Shown here: one piece after another, positions 17,517 through 26,789 of the stretch | Numbering within the stretch: the stretch's first letter is position 1 | Layout of the letters: the number at the start of each line of letters is the position of its first letter | NCBI GenBank assembly: GCA_043779265.1 | Contig: JAYWEM010000009.1 | Span: 1 to 30,675 of the forward strand | Origin: a bacterium | GTDB lineage: Bacteria; Eisenbacteria; RBG-16-71-46 | Direction: 5' to 3' | DNA: 30,675 nucleotides | Notes under the pieces: model-generated | Database searches by the model: none | What the model was told of the DNA's origin: nothing | Seen by the model: only the letters and a program-made list of their open reading frames with translations | Position numbers and translations under genes: made by a program

Positions 17517-18338
17517 ATGCGAGTGGGAACGGTTCTCCTGGCAACCCTGGGTGCGATGAGTCTGGCGTCGGTTGCACGCTTCGATGCCAAGGCCCGGCCG
17601 CAGGTGCTGCACGTCCAGGCGGCCGCTTCGCTGGCCGCACCCTTCACCGAACTGGCGAGGCTGTTCGAGCGCCGGCGCCCCGGCGTCCACGTCCGACTGA
17701 ACTCGGCCGGCTCGCAGCAACTGGTGGCGCAGATCGAGCAGGGCGCGCGGGCGGATGTGCTCGCCACCGCCGATCTGCAGTGGATGCAGCGTGCGTCCGA
17801 GCGCGGCCTGCTCGCGTCGCCGCCGGTGATCTTCGCCCACAATCGATTGGCGCTGATCGTGCCGCGCAGGAACCTTGCAAGGATCGAGCGCCTCTCGGAC
17901 CTCGCTCGTCCGGGCGTGAAGCTCGTGCTCGGCGCGCCTTCGGTCCCGGTCGGAGGCTATGCGCGGTCGTTCCTCGCGAGATGCACGAGGGACTCCTCGC
18001 TCGGCACGGCCTTCGAGCGATCGGTGCTCGCCAACGTCGTCTCCGAGGAGGAGAACGTGAAGGCGGTGTTCGGCAAAGTGCAACTGGGCGAGGCCGATGC
18101 GGGGATCGTCTATCGCTCGGACCTGAGCGGCGCCTCTTCGCGGCACGTCCGCGAGATCGCGATCCCCTCCCATCTGAATGTGACAGCCTCCTTCCCGATC
18201 GCGATCCTCGCGCGCGGGGGCTCCTCGGGCGCCGCGCAGGCGTTCCTCGATCTGCTGCGCTCCGCCGAGGGCCGCGCCGTGCTCGAGCGTCACGGGCTGC
18301 AGCCCGCAGTGGACGCCGGCACCGGGAGCGCGCGATGA
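17517..18338 (+). CDS. modA: Molybdate ABC transporter substrate-binding protein
   Basis: AAASL, AGSQQLVAQIEQGARADV, VPVGGYA, NVKAV, ADAGIVYRSD. Confidence 0.88.
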   Translation: MRVGTVLLATLGAMSLASVARFDAKARPQVLHVQAAASLAAPFTELARLFERRRPGVHVRLNSAGSQQLVAQIEQGARADVLATADLQWMQRASERGLLASPPVIFAHNRLALIVPRRNLARIERLSDLARPGVKLVLGAPSVPVGGYARSFLARCTRDSSLGTAFERSVLANVVSEEENVKAVFGKVQLGEADAGIVYRSDLSGASSRHVREIAIPSHLNVTASFPIAILARGGSSGAAQAFLDLLRSAEGRAVLERHGLQPAVDAGTGSAR

Positions 18339-19186
18339 CCCTCGACGGCTCGCCTCGGCGGCACGCGTGGCTGGTGCCGGTGGCGATCTCGGCTGCGACC
18401 ATCCTGCTGCTCGCGTTCCTCGCGCTTCCCTTTATCGCCCTGTTGCTGCGCGTCTCGCCGGCGCAACTGGTCTCGAGGCTCGGTGATGTCGTGGTGCTCG
18501 ATGCCCTGCGATTGAGCCTCGAGACGAGCGCCGCCGCCACCGCGATCACGATCGCACTGGGCCTGCCGGCCGCCTATCTGCTGGCGACGCGCGAGTTCCC
18601 CGGCAAACGTCTCGCCGAGGTGCTGATCGACCTGCCGATGGTGCTCCCTCCCACCGTCGCCGGCTTCGCCATGCTGATGGCGTTCGGCCGCGCCGGGCTC
18701 GCCGGCGGCTCGCTCGAGGCGCTCGGCATCACGCTGCCCTTCACGACGCTGGGCGTCGTGCTGGCGCAGGTGTTCATGGCGGTGCCGTTCTTCGTCGGAC
18801 CCGCTCGCGCCGGCATCGCCGGCGTGGATCGCCGTCTGATCGAGGCCGCCTCGACCCTGCGCGCCTCCGAACTGCACACGTTCGTCCGTGTCATCCTGCC
18901 GCTGGCGATGCCGTCGCTGATCGCGGGAACGGCGATGAGCTGCGCCCGCGCACTCGGGGAGTTCGGCGCCACGATCACATTCGCGGGCAACTTCCCCGGC
19001 TCCACCCAGACCATGCCGCTCGCCGTGTACGTCGCGCTGCAGTCCGATCTCGATGCCGCCGTCGTCTTGTCCGTGCTCCTCCTTCTGATGGCCTTCGGTC
19101 TGCTGGCGGGACTGCGTTCCTCGCCCGCCAGCGGATTCTGGAACCGTGCGAATGCTCGACCTCGCGATCACCAGACGACTCGGTGA
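18335..19186 (+). CDS. modB: Molybdate ABC transporter permease
   Basis: DLPMVLPPTVAG, EAASTL, ARALGEFGATITFAGNFPG; ATGA overlap with modA. Confidence 0.9.
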   Translation: MTLDGSPRRHAWLVPVAISAATILLLAFLALPFIALLLRVSPAQLVSRLGDVVVLDALRLSLETSAAATAITIALGLPAAYLLATREFPGKRLAEVLIDLPMVLPPTVAGFAMLMAFGRAGLAGGSLEALGITLPFTTLGVVLAQVFMAVPFFVGPARAGIAGVDRRLIEAASTLRASELHTFVRVILPLAMPSLIAGTAMSCARALGEFGATITFAGNFPGSTQTMPLAVYVALQSDLDAAVVLSVLLLLMAFGLLAGLRSSPASGFWNRANARPRDHQTTR

Positions 19187-20225
19187 CTTCACGCTGCGCG
19201 CCGAGCTCTCGCTCGGCGATCGCGCCCAGCTCGTGCTGGTCGGCGAGAGCGGCTCGGGCAAGTCGACGCTGCTCAAGCTGCTCACCGGCCTGCTGCGCCC
19301 CGAGGACGGCCGCATCGTCGTGGATGGCGAGGTGTGGTTCGATCGCGCATCGGGCACCGATCGGCCGACTGCCGAGCGCTCGATCGGCTACGTCGCGCAG
19401 GACCTGGCGCTCTTCCCCCATCTGAGCGCGGCCGAGAACATCGGATTCGGGCTGCGGGCCAGTGGCCTGAGCGATGCCGAGTCGCGGCCGCGGATCGAGG
19501 CGACGCTCGACCGCCTGTCCATCCGCGATCTCTCGACTCGCAGACCCGGCGAGCTCTCGGGCGGTCAGCAGCAGCGCGTCGCGATCGCGCGTGCCCTGGT
19601 GCTGGAGCCGAGGCTCCTGCTGCTCGATGAACCCCTCTCGGCCCTCGACACGAGATCGCGCCGCGAGATCCGCGTCGAGTTGCGTCGGCTGCTCGAGGAC
19701 CTGCCCTGCATGTCGATCCATGTGACACACAGCCCGGTCGAGGCGCTCGCCCTGGGTGAGCAGATCGCGGTGCTCGAGTCCGGACGCATCAGCCAGAGCG
19801 GCAGCCGCGAAGATCTGATGCGGCATCCGCGTTCGCCCTATGTGGCGGAGTTCCTCGGCGTGAACCTGATCCGCGGCTCGATCGCCGATGGTCCGCCGCA
19901 TGGAAGTGTGAGCATCTCGCTCCCGCATGGCACGCTCGTCGTCACAGGGGATGGAAGCCGCGGTGAAGCCAGCGTCGTCATCCATCCGCGCGACATCACG
20001 CTGTCGCTCGAGCGCACGGTGGGCACGGCGCGCAACGTGTTCGTGGGGCCGATCGAGGAACTGGCGCCCGAGCCCCCGTCCGGCGAGCTGCTGCGCGTCT
20101 CGCTCGGCACAATGCCGCCGCTGATCGCTCAGGTGACGGCGCAGTCGGTTGCGGCGCTGGCGCTCAAGCCGGGCCTCACGGTGTACGCCTCGTTCAAGGC
20201 CGCGGGGGTGGCGGAGGGGCCGTGA
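19152..20225 (+). CDS. modC: Molybdate ABC transporter ATP-binding protein with TOBE domain
   Basis: Walker A GESGSGKST, LSGGQQQR, LLLDEP, C-terminal TARN...VYASFKA. Confidence 0.88.
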   Translation: MLDLAITRRLGDFTLRAELSLGDRAQLVLVGESGSGKSTLLKLLTGLLRPEDGRIVVDGEVWFDRASGTDRPTAERSIGYVAQDLALFPHLSAAENIGFGLRASGLSDAESRPRIEATLDRLSIRDLSTRRPGELSGGQQQRVAIARALVLEPRLLLLDEPLSALDTRSRREIRVELRRLLEDLPCMSIHVTHSPVEALALGEQIAVLESGRISQSGSREDLMRHPRSPYVAEFLGVNLIRGSIADGPPHGSVSISLPHGTLVVTGDGSRGEASVVIHPRDITLSLERTVGTARNVFVGPIEELAPEPPSGELLRVSLGTMPPLIAQVTAQSVAALALKPGLTVYASFKAAGVAEGP

Positions 20226-20835
20226 TCACGCCCCACGTCAGCTGCAGCACGCCGATGTCGGCGGATGCGACATCGCCCGTGTTGTCGGCGTCGCACAGCA
20301 CGCCGATCGCCTCCACTCGTTCGGGCGCCGTGCCGAACGCGGCCGCGAGGTCGGCGCCCAAGTCACGCTCCTCGGAGTGCCACTCGCCGATCGCCGAGGA
20401 GTTCCGCAGCGTGATCACCTTGATCCCGCTCGCATAGGGACTGTTCTGCCAGCGTCCGGGCGCTTCGCCCTGCGCCCATTGATAGAGCAGCCCTTTGGTG
20501 CGCCACGGAAGAATGCTGCGGTGCACCATGATGAACACCGCTGCGGTCCGATCATCGCGGGATCGCACGCGGGTGTCGGCTCCGACCGGGTGCCGGAGCG
20601 CTCGCCATTTCCAACTCAGCGTCGCTCCGCGGACGTCGCGATCGAGCGGCCAGAAGAGCGCCGAGTTCTTCCCCTTCGCCTCGGCTCTCAGCCACGCGGC
20701 GCTCGAGTCGCGCTGCGGCTCGTAGTGAGTGCGGCCGCGATAGGAGACGACGCGCCACTCGGGCGCGAGTGCTCGATCGGTGCCGTAGTCGAGTCGCAGC
20801 GTCATCGCCAGCGCGATCAGCAGGAGCATCGTCAT
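20194..20835 (-). CDS. DUF3047 domain-containing exported protein
   Basis: THYE...LRAEA...LSWKW...DDRTAAVF...LYQWA...SPY...GEWHSEERDLGADLAAAFG...IGVLCDADNTG. Confidence 0.8.
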   Translation of the reverse strand: MTMLLLIALAMTLRLDYGTDRALAPEWRVVSYRGRTHYEPQRDSSAAWLRAEAKGKNSALFWPLDRDVRGATLSWKWRALRHPVGADTRVRSRDDRTAAVFIMVHRSILPWRTKGLLYQWAQGEAPGRWQNSPYASGIKVITLRNSSAIGEWHSEERDLGADLAAAFGTAPERVEAIGVLCDADNTGDVASADIGVLQLTWGVITAPPPPPRP

Positions 20836-20881
20836 CCGAAGCCCAGATCGCCGTGCTGCCGGAGCGTGGTCTCGAGATCGC

Positions 20882-21994
20882 TCACGGCAGGATCCTTGCG
20901 ACGATCGCGAAGGTGAGGGCGCCCAGCACCGCGGCGAGCGGCAGCGTCACGACCCAGGACAGCAGGATGGTGCGGATCATCTTCCAATGGGCCTCGCCCG
21001 TACTCCAGCCGATGCCGATCAGCCCGCCGACGCCGACATGCGTCATCGACACGGGCAGGGCGAACACCGAGGCCGAGAGCACGACCGAGGCGGTGATGGC
21101 ATTCGTGGTGAGTGCCTGGCCCTCGTTGAGTGGCGTGATATTCAGACTCATCGTCTCGCCAACGCGCCGGGCGCCGAACCAGCCGCCCAGCATCATCGTG
21201 GCGGCGACCGCGATGAACGTGACGGTCGGAGGCAGCGTGACACCCGCGAGCGTCGCCCCGAACATCAATGCTGCGATCTTCGGCGTGTCGTTGAGTCCGC
21301 GTGCGAAGCTCTGGAGTCCGGCCGAGAGGAAGTGCGCCATCGAGACCAACTGCCGGGCGCTGACGCCGAGGACGGTGCTCTTCGAGGACGCATCGCAGGT
21401 GTGGACGATCGCAGGGGCTGCGGTGAAGGCGAGCGTGGCGCGCGTCGGAGCCATCGCTTCCTCATGCGTCGCGACGCAGACGCAGGTGGTCGGCTCCACC
21501 CCCATGGCCACGCGCAGGCGGCTCAGCAGCGGATAGAGCACCGCCACGAGCGCGAACGAGAGGATCGGACTCAGCAGGAGCGGCGCCACGAATCGCTGGG
21601 CGAGGCCGCTCATGTGCAACTGACCGGCCGAGGCCATCGCGCCCGCGCCGATCAGTGCGCCGAGGATGGCATGCGTGGTCGAGATCGGAATGCCGATGCG
21701 AGCGGCGAGGCCGACCGTGAGCGCCGTGCTGATCGCGACTCCCATCAGCAACGTCGGCAGTCCGACGAGCTCGGGCGGCAGCAGGCCTCCACCGCTGAAC
21801 GCCGCCGCCAGCCTCGCGCCGAGCACAGTGGCGGCGAGTCCTCCCGCCAGCGTCGTCAGCGTCGCCCAGATCAACGAGGTGCGGTACGACGCCGTCCGGC
21901 TGCCGAAGATCGTCGCGACGCCCTTGAAGTTGTCGTTCGCGCCGTTGGCGGCTGCGACCGCGAGCGCGCCGAGTACCAGCACCCATGCGCTCAT
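20882..21994 (-). CDS. Inorganic phosphate transporter (PiT family)
   Basis: NGANDNFKGVAT, PISTTHA, FARGLNDTPK, LPVSMTH, SWVVTLP. Confidence 0.88.
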   Translation of the reverse strand: MSAWVLVLGALAVAAANGANDNFKGVATIFGSRTASYRTSLIWATLTTLAGGLAATVLGARLAAAFSGGGLLPPELVGLPTLLMGVAISTALTVGLAARIGIPISTTHAILGALIGAGAMASAGQLHMSGLAQRFVAPLLLSPILSFALVAVLYPLLSRLRVAMGVEPTTCVCVATHEEAMAPTRATLAFTAAPAIVHTCDASSKSTVLGVSARQLVSMAHFLSAGLQSFARGLNDTPKIAALMFGATLAGVTLPPTVTFIAVAATMMLGGWFGARRVGETMSLNITPLNEGQALTTNAITASVVLSASVFALPVSMTHVGVGGLIGIGWSTGEAHWKMIRTILLSWVVTLPLAAVLGALTFAIVARILP

Positions 21995-22779
21995 GCGCGC
22001 CGGCCCGCACGGCGTCGGATCCGCGAGTGCGTTCGCGCGATGCGACGCGGGCCCGAGCGATGCGACTTGCGATCAGGCGAGGCGTCAGGCAGTTCGGGAG
22101 CTTCATAGGCGCGCGCCAGCTGGGCAGGCGCAACGCCGAGGTGGTAGGCGAGCATCAGCACCGCGTTCCTCGTGACCTGTCGGAGCGGACCGTGCTTCGA
22201 GAAACGCCGAGCGGACGTGACCACGTACTGCTCGAGCCGAACGAGTCGTCCGGTTCTCGCAAGTCGGCGCGCCAGGTCGACATCCTCGAAGAGCGGCATG
22301 GATCGGAAGCCGCCCGCGGCGTCATAGGCGCGCCTCGTGCAGAACATGCCCTGATCGCCGAGGAACGACGTCGTGAGCCGCAGCCCGCTCATCGCCGTGA
22401 GAGTGGAGAACACGACATGGGAGCGGTCGAAGCGGAGCCGGAAGGCCCCGCCCGAGACTCCGGCGACCGACAGCGCCTGCCGGATCGGACGCGAGGCATC
22501 GACGGGCAGCCGTGTGTCGGCGTGCAGGAAGACCAGCACCTGCCCCTCGGCGCAGGCTGCTCCGCGCTGCAGTTGCTCGCCGCGGCAGGCGCGTGGCGCG
22601 TCCACCCAGATCGCCCCCTCGGCACGAACCGCCTGCTTCACGTCATCGCTCTCATCGTGCGCCGAGACGATGACCTGCACGTCGCCCAGCGCGCAGCGTG
22701 CAGCGCGCACCGCCTCGATCAGGCGAGCGCCCTCGCGGAAGCTCGGGAGGATGACCGAGATCGACTCACCAGTGCCCAT
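21991..22779 (-). CDS. GT2 glycosyltransferase, TIGR04283 (arsenosugar-associated) type
   Basis: LVFLHADTRLP, GGAFRLRFD, GDQGMF, GGF..PLFEDV, VVTSARRF, LGVAPAQLARAY. Confidence 0.82.
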   Translation of the reverse strand: MGTGESISVILPSFREGARLIEAVRAARCALGDVQVIVSAHDESDDVKQAVRAEGAIWVDAPRACRGEQLQRGAACAEGQVLVFLHADTRLPVDASRPIRQALSVAGVSGGAFRLRFDRSHVVFSTLTAMSGLRLTTSFLGDQGMFCTRRAYDAAGGFRSMPLFEDVDLARRLARTGRLVRLEQYVVTSARRFSKHGPLRQVTRNAVLMLAYHLGVAPAQLARAYEAPELPDASPDRKSHRSGPRRIARTHSRIRRRAGRRA

Positions 22780-23521
22780 TGAGTGCCCAGTCATAGTCCA
22801 TGTGGTTGATGCGGGCGTTGGTGTCGATGGCGATCCCCCCGGTCCAGTGCCGAGCGACGAACTGTTGAACCGCGTTCGATCCTCGCCCGAAGTCCGAGCG
22901 GTACCACTTGAAGATCGCGGACAACTCGAGGGGGCCCTTTCCGCCGATCCGATTCTTGGTGCGATCGTGCAGGAAGTCCCGAGTCGCCGCATCGAGGTCG
23001 GCTTCGAGCGTGGCGGCCCGCAGTGCACGCTCGGGAAGCACGGGGCAACTGGCCGACGCACAGTTGAGCACGAAGTGGAGACGGGCCTCGCCGAAGCCCT
23101 TGCGCAGGATGTCGTGCTCGATCTCATTGAGTGAGACGCGCCGCCCACCGCTTCTCCCCTTCTCGCGGAAGAACCCGAGCGTCGGCACGCCGAGCATCTT
23201 GCCGACGTCGAGCACGCTCTTCGATCCCGGGCGTCGGATCACGCCATCGAGCACACGGGCGTTGTAGACGTTGACCCAGAAGGCGATCCGCTCTTCGCGG
23301 GGCCAAGCTTCGGGCCGAGCCTCGCTCGTCTCGGCGAGGAAACGCAGGAGTGGTCCGGGGTCACGGGCCAGTGCGCCGTAGTCCACTTGGCCCGCACTCA
23401 GATGCCGCGCGAGCACGGTGTCGAGCGCCGCCGACGAGACGGGCGCGCCTGCCCGTGCAGCAGGTGCCGCAACGGTCAGGAACATCAGGCCCAGTGCGAG
23501 ACTCGTCGTCCGCATGCGCAT
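22766..23521 (-). CDS. DUF547 domain-containing exported protein
   Basis: Signal peptide; GQVDY, AFWVNVYNA, SLNEIEHDILR, RLHFVLNCASASCP, LSAIFKWYRSDF, YDWALN; GAGGAG SD. Confidence 0.9.
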   Translation of the reverse strand: MRMRTTSLALGLMFLTVAAPAARAGAPVSSAALDTVLARHLSAGQVDYGALARDPGPLLRFLAETSEARPEAWPREERIAFWVNVYNARVLDGVIRRPGSKSVLDVGKMLGVPTLGFFREKGRSGGRRVSLNEIEHDILRKGFGEARLHFVLNCASASCPVLPERALRAATLEADLDAATRDFLHDRTKNRIGGKGPLELSAIFKWYRSDFGRGSNAVQQFVARHWTGGIAIDTNARINHMDYDWALNGHW

Positions 23522-23717
23522 CGAAGGTCCGTCTCCTCGGTTCAGGGGAGTGCCGGGCTCCGAGACTCCCACGGCACGAGGGGATTCCACTGTCCCAATC
23601 GGGCCCCCTCTACGTAAGGAGAGTGAGGGGTGTGACCCCGCGAGGCTCGGAAGCCCAACTCGCCGTTGGACTTGGCGCTTTGGAGCCACGCTGGCCGATC
23701 TCCCCGGGCCCCAGTTC

Positions 23718-23765
23718 CCGCATCTCGCACCACATCCAGCACCCCATCTCGCACCGCATCCAAGA
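23718..23765. repeat. Four imperfect 12-nt tandem repeats
   Basis: CCGCATCTCGCA / CCACATCCAGCA / CCCCATCTCGCA / CCGCATCCAAGA. Confidence 0.75.
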
Positions 23766-23914
23766 GGTTCTGGGTCCCGAGTAGGGTGGTTCGCGTTACG
23801 TGCTGATTCCGATTCCCCCGGGGATCGGCCCCAAGGCTTGATATCCTCGCCGCATCGTCGAAGGACTCGGAGCGCTCCGAGCCCTCGGCCGAACCCATTG
23901 CTCGAGAGGTGACC

Positions 23915-24544
23915 ATGCGCCGGATCCTGAGTCTGTCCCTGCTGATCGCCGCGCTCACGACGGCGCCTGCAGCCGCGCAGCCCCGCATCACCGTCGAGTA
24001 TCGCGACGAACTGCTGCGCGTGACGCTCGAGGGGAACTACGGCGGCACCTACTACCAGGTGTGGCGTTCGGGCGACCTCGTGGGTCAGTACAACCCGCTC
24101 ACTTCGCAGTACACGCTGTGCACCGGCGATTGTTTCCTGACCGACCTCGCCGTGGCGCCGGGCACGACCTACTACTACCGCTTCGACATCCAGGATCCGG
24201 CCACGGGCCAGCTCATCTCCTATGGCCCCTACGCCGTGCTCGTCCCCGATACGCCGTTCGGAGCGACGGTGTCGCCCAATCCCTCGCGTGGCAGCGCACG
24301 CATCGAGTTCTCGCTTCCCGGCAGCAGTCGCCGCGACGCGCCGCTCGAAGTGGACGCCCGGCTGCTCGATCTGCAGGGCCGCACGTTGCGCGTGCTGCAC
24401 TCGGGCGCAGTGCCGCGCGGCCTCTCGTCCATCACGTGGGATGGTCGCGGTGAATCCGGACGTGAGCTGAACGCCGGCATCTACTTCCTGCGAGTCGCCA
24501 CGCCGCTCGGGGTCTCGACGAGCCGCATCGTCCGGGTGCGTTGA
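23915..24544 (+). CDS. Small secreted protein with C-terminal FlgD-Ig/T9SS-like domain
   Basis: Signal peptide; about 95-aa Tyr-rich beta domain with CTGDC; SPNPSRG...[10 protein letters not shown]...WDGRGESG...AGIYF; SD GAGGTG. Confidence 0.82.
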   Translation: MRRILSLSLLIAALTTAPAAAQPRITVEYRDELLRVTLEGNYGGTYYQVWRSGDLVGQYNPLTSQYTLCTGDCFLTDLAVAPGTTYYYRFDIQDPATGQLISYGPYAVLVPDTPFGATVSPNPSRGSARIEFSLPGSSRRDAPLEVDARLLDLQGRTLRVLHSGAVPRGLSSITWDGRGESGRELNAGIYFLRVATPLGVSTSRIVRVR

Positions 24545-26763
24545 GGCCCTCTCGCATCGAGGGCTTCATCGCCGGGTTGCGTCGACGCCCGCTGGCTCTG
24601 CTACTCGGTGCGACGCTCGCGCTCTCGGCGAGCATCTCGTGTGGATCCTCCGGCGGCGCGATCGGCGCGAACGATCACGCGCCCAATCGACTCGCTTCGG
24701 AGAAGAGCCCCTACCTCCTGCAGCACGCCCACAATCCGGTGGACTGGTATCCGTGGGGCGAGGAGGCCTTCGAGCGCGCGAGGCGAGAGGACCGGCCCAT
24801 CTTCCTGTCGATCGGCTACTCGACGTGTCATTGGTGCCATGTGATGGAGCGCGAATCGTTCGAGAACGATTCGGTCGCCGCCCTGATGAATCGCGTGTTC
24901 GTCTGTATCAAGGTGGACCGTGAGGAGCGCCCGGACGTCGATCGCGTGTACATGACCGCGATGCAGACCATGGGCCTGGGCGGGGGCTGGCCGCTCAACG
25001 TGTTCCTCACGCCCGATCGCAAGCCGTTCTTCGGCGGCACCTACTTCCCGCCGGAGACGCGAGCCGGCCGGATCGGCCTGCGTGAGCTGATCCCGCGCAT
25101 CGAACAGGCTTGGCGTGAACGGCGTGCCGACTTGGAGAGCTCGGGCGAACGGGTGATGGCGCACCTGAGTTCGATCGCGTCAGCCGATACCGGGGCGGCG
25201 GACCGCCTGGCCCTCTTCGAGGCGGCCGCTCGCGATCTCGAGGCCGCCGAGGACGCCCTGCACGGTGGCTTCGGCAGTAGCCCCAAATTCCCGACCGCGG
25301 GCAATCTGGCGTTCCTCATGCGTCACTGGGCCCGCGACACGTCCGCCCACTCTCGTTCGCTCGCGCTCGTCCTTCGGCAATTGGACGCGATGCGCGCGGG
25401 TGGCATCCATGACCAGATCGGTGGCGGATTCCATCGCTACACGGTCGATCGCGAATGGCTGACGCCGCACTTCGAGAAGATGCTCTACGACCAGGCGCAA
25501 CTGGCATGGGCGTATATGGAAGCCCATCAGGTGACCGGTCGACCCGAGTACGCCGAGGCCGCACGCGGCATCTTCGACTACGTCGCCCGCGATCTCACGT
25601 CACCTGAGGGGGCGTTCTTCTCAGCCGAGGATGCGGACAGCGAAGGTGAGGAGGGGCTCTTCTATGTCTGGCGGCCCTCGGAGCTCCATGCGGTGCTCGG
25701 AGCGCGCGATGCCGCTCTCGTTGCGATGCGTTACGGCGTGAGCGAACAGGGGAACTTCGAACACGGTGCCTCGATCCTGCACGAGAACGTCCCACTCTCG
25801 GAGGTGGCACGGCGCCAACGACGATCGGTCGATGAGACCTCACGCCTTCTGGCGGCCGCTCGAACCAAGCTGCTGAACGCCCGATCGAAGCGCGTTCGAC
25901 CGCACCTGGACGACAAGGTGCTGACGGCGTGGAACGGGCTCATGATCTCGGCTTACGCGCGCGGCGCGCGCGTGCTGCGGAATCCCGAGTATGCGAAGCG
26001 AGCCGAGCGTGCGGCGGACTTCGTGTGGAGCCGACTCTACGACTCGGGCACGCGCTCGCTCCATCGTCGCTGGCGCGACGGAGAAGCGGCGATGCCGGGG
26101 CAGCTCTCGGACTACGCCGATCTCGCGCTCGGCTTCATCGATCTGCACGGCGCGACCCAGGATCCCAAGTGGCTCGAGCGGGCGGTGCTGCTCACGGAGT
26201 GCCAGATCGAGCGCTTCTGGGACGAGGCCGATGGCGGATTCTTCGACAGCCCCTCCGACGATCCGCATCTCGCGATCCGGCTCAAGGATCACTTCGATGG
26301 CGCGGAGACGGCAGGCAACTCCGTCGCGCTCTCCAATCTGCAGTTGCTCGGCACGCTGCTCGACCGCGAGGAGTGGCTGGTGATGGCCAAGCGCGGATTC
26401 GACCACTTCGCAAGGCGATTGGATGGCCGGGCCGCCGGCATGGCCCAGATGCTGGCAGCGATGTTCCAGGAGCTCTCGGTCCCGCGTCACGTCGTCGTGG
26501 TCGGTGGCCCCGCGGATCCGGCGACCAAGCGCCTGCGAGGGGAGTTCGACTCGCGATTCCTGCCGCACGATCTGCTCATCGTGGCTGGCACCAGCCCACC
26601 GAGGCGTGAGCTCGACCGGCTTCTGCCATTCATCGCACCGCTGACGCCGCAGGGCGGGCGCGCCACCGCGTACGTGTGCGTCGAGCACGCCTGCCGCCTG
26701 CCGACGACGGATGCGCGTGAGTTCGGCGCACAACTCGAGGCGACCCGAGTCACGAGCCGCTAG
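24541..26763 (+). CDS. Thioredoxin domain-containing protein DUF255 (YyaL/SSP411 family)
   Basis: [86 protein letters not shown]. Confidence 0.93.
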   Translation: MRPSRIEGFIAGLRRRPLALLLGATLALSASISCGSSGGAIGANDHAPNRLASEKSPYLLQHAHNPVDWYPWGEEAFERARREDRPIFLSIGYSTCHWCHVMERESFENDSVAALMNRVFVCIKVDREERPDVDRVYMTAMQTMGLGGGWPLNVFLTPDRKPFFGGTYFPPETRAGRIGLRELIPRIEQAWRERRADLESSGERVMAHLSSIASADTGAADRLALFEAAARDLEAAEDALHGGFGSSPKFPTAGNLAFLMRHWARDTSAHSRSLALVLRQLDAMRAGGIHDQIGGGFHRYTVDREWLTPHFEKMLYDQAQLAWAYMEAHQVTGRPEYAEAARGIFDYVARDLTSPEGAFFSAEDADSEGEEGLFYVWRPSELHAVLGARDAALVAMRYGVSEQGNFEHGASILHENVPLSEVARRQRRSVDETSRLLAAARTKLLNARSKRVRPHLDDKVLTAWNGLMISAYARGARVLRNPEYAKRAERAADFVWSRLYDSGTRSLHRRWRDGEAAMPGQLSDYADLALGFIDLHGATQDPKWLERAVLLTECQIERFWDEADGGFFDSPSDDPHLAIRLKDHFDGAETAGNSVALSNLQLLGTLLDREEWLVMAKRGFDHFARRLDGRAAGMAQMLAAMFQELSVPRHVVVVGGPADPATKRLRGEFDSRFLPHDLLIVAGTSPPRRELDRLLPFIAPLTPQGGRATAYVCVEHACRLPTTDAREFGAQLEATRVTSR

Positions 26764-26789
26764 CATGCGGGGCGTTTCCGAACGTCACA

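Noticed and set aside
22037..22066. Direct repeat GCGATGCGAC x2 (20-nt period) upstream of PiT as an operator
   Set aside because: Lies within the GT2 coding tail, GC-rich, no recognisable promoter; chance is plausible
23535..23660. 6S RNA, Moco or cobalamin riboswitch identity for the structured leader
   Set aside because: Only fragments resemble them (TCCCCTGAACCGA, TCCGAGC, CCACTG); the complementary 6S arm, Moco P2/GNRA elements and B12 box were not found
23718..23765. CRISPR array or NrdR boxes
   Set aside because: 12-nt period with no spacers and no cas genes; only a partial NrdR-box match, wrong spacing and no nrd genes
23522..24400. Long N-terminal extension of the DUF547 ORF (544 aa, includes GCGARWGAGCGARCG from the repeat)
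   Set aside because: Antisense to the real 23915-24544 gene; the SD and signal peptide at 23521 define the start
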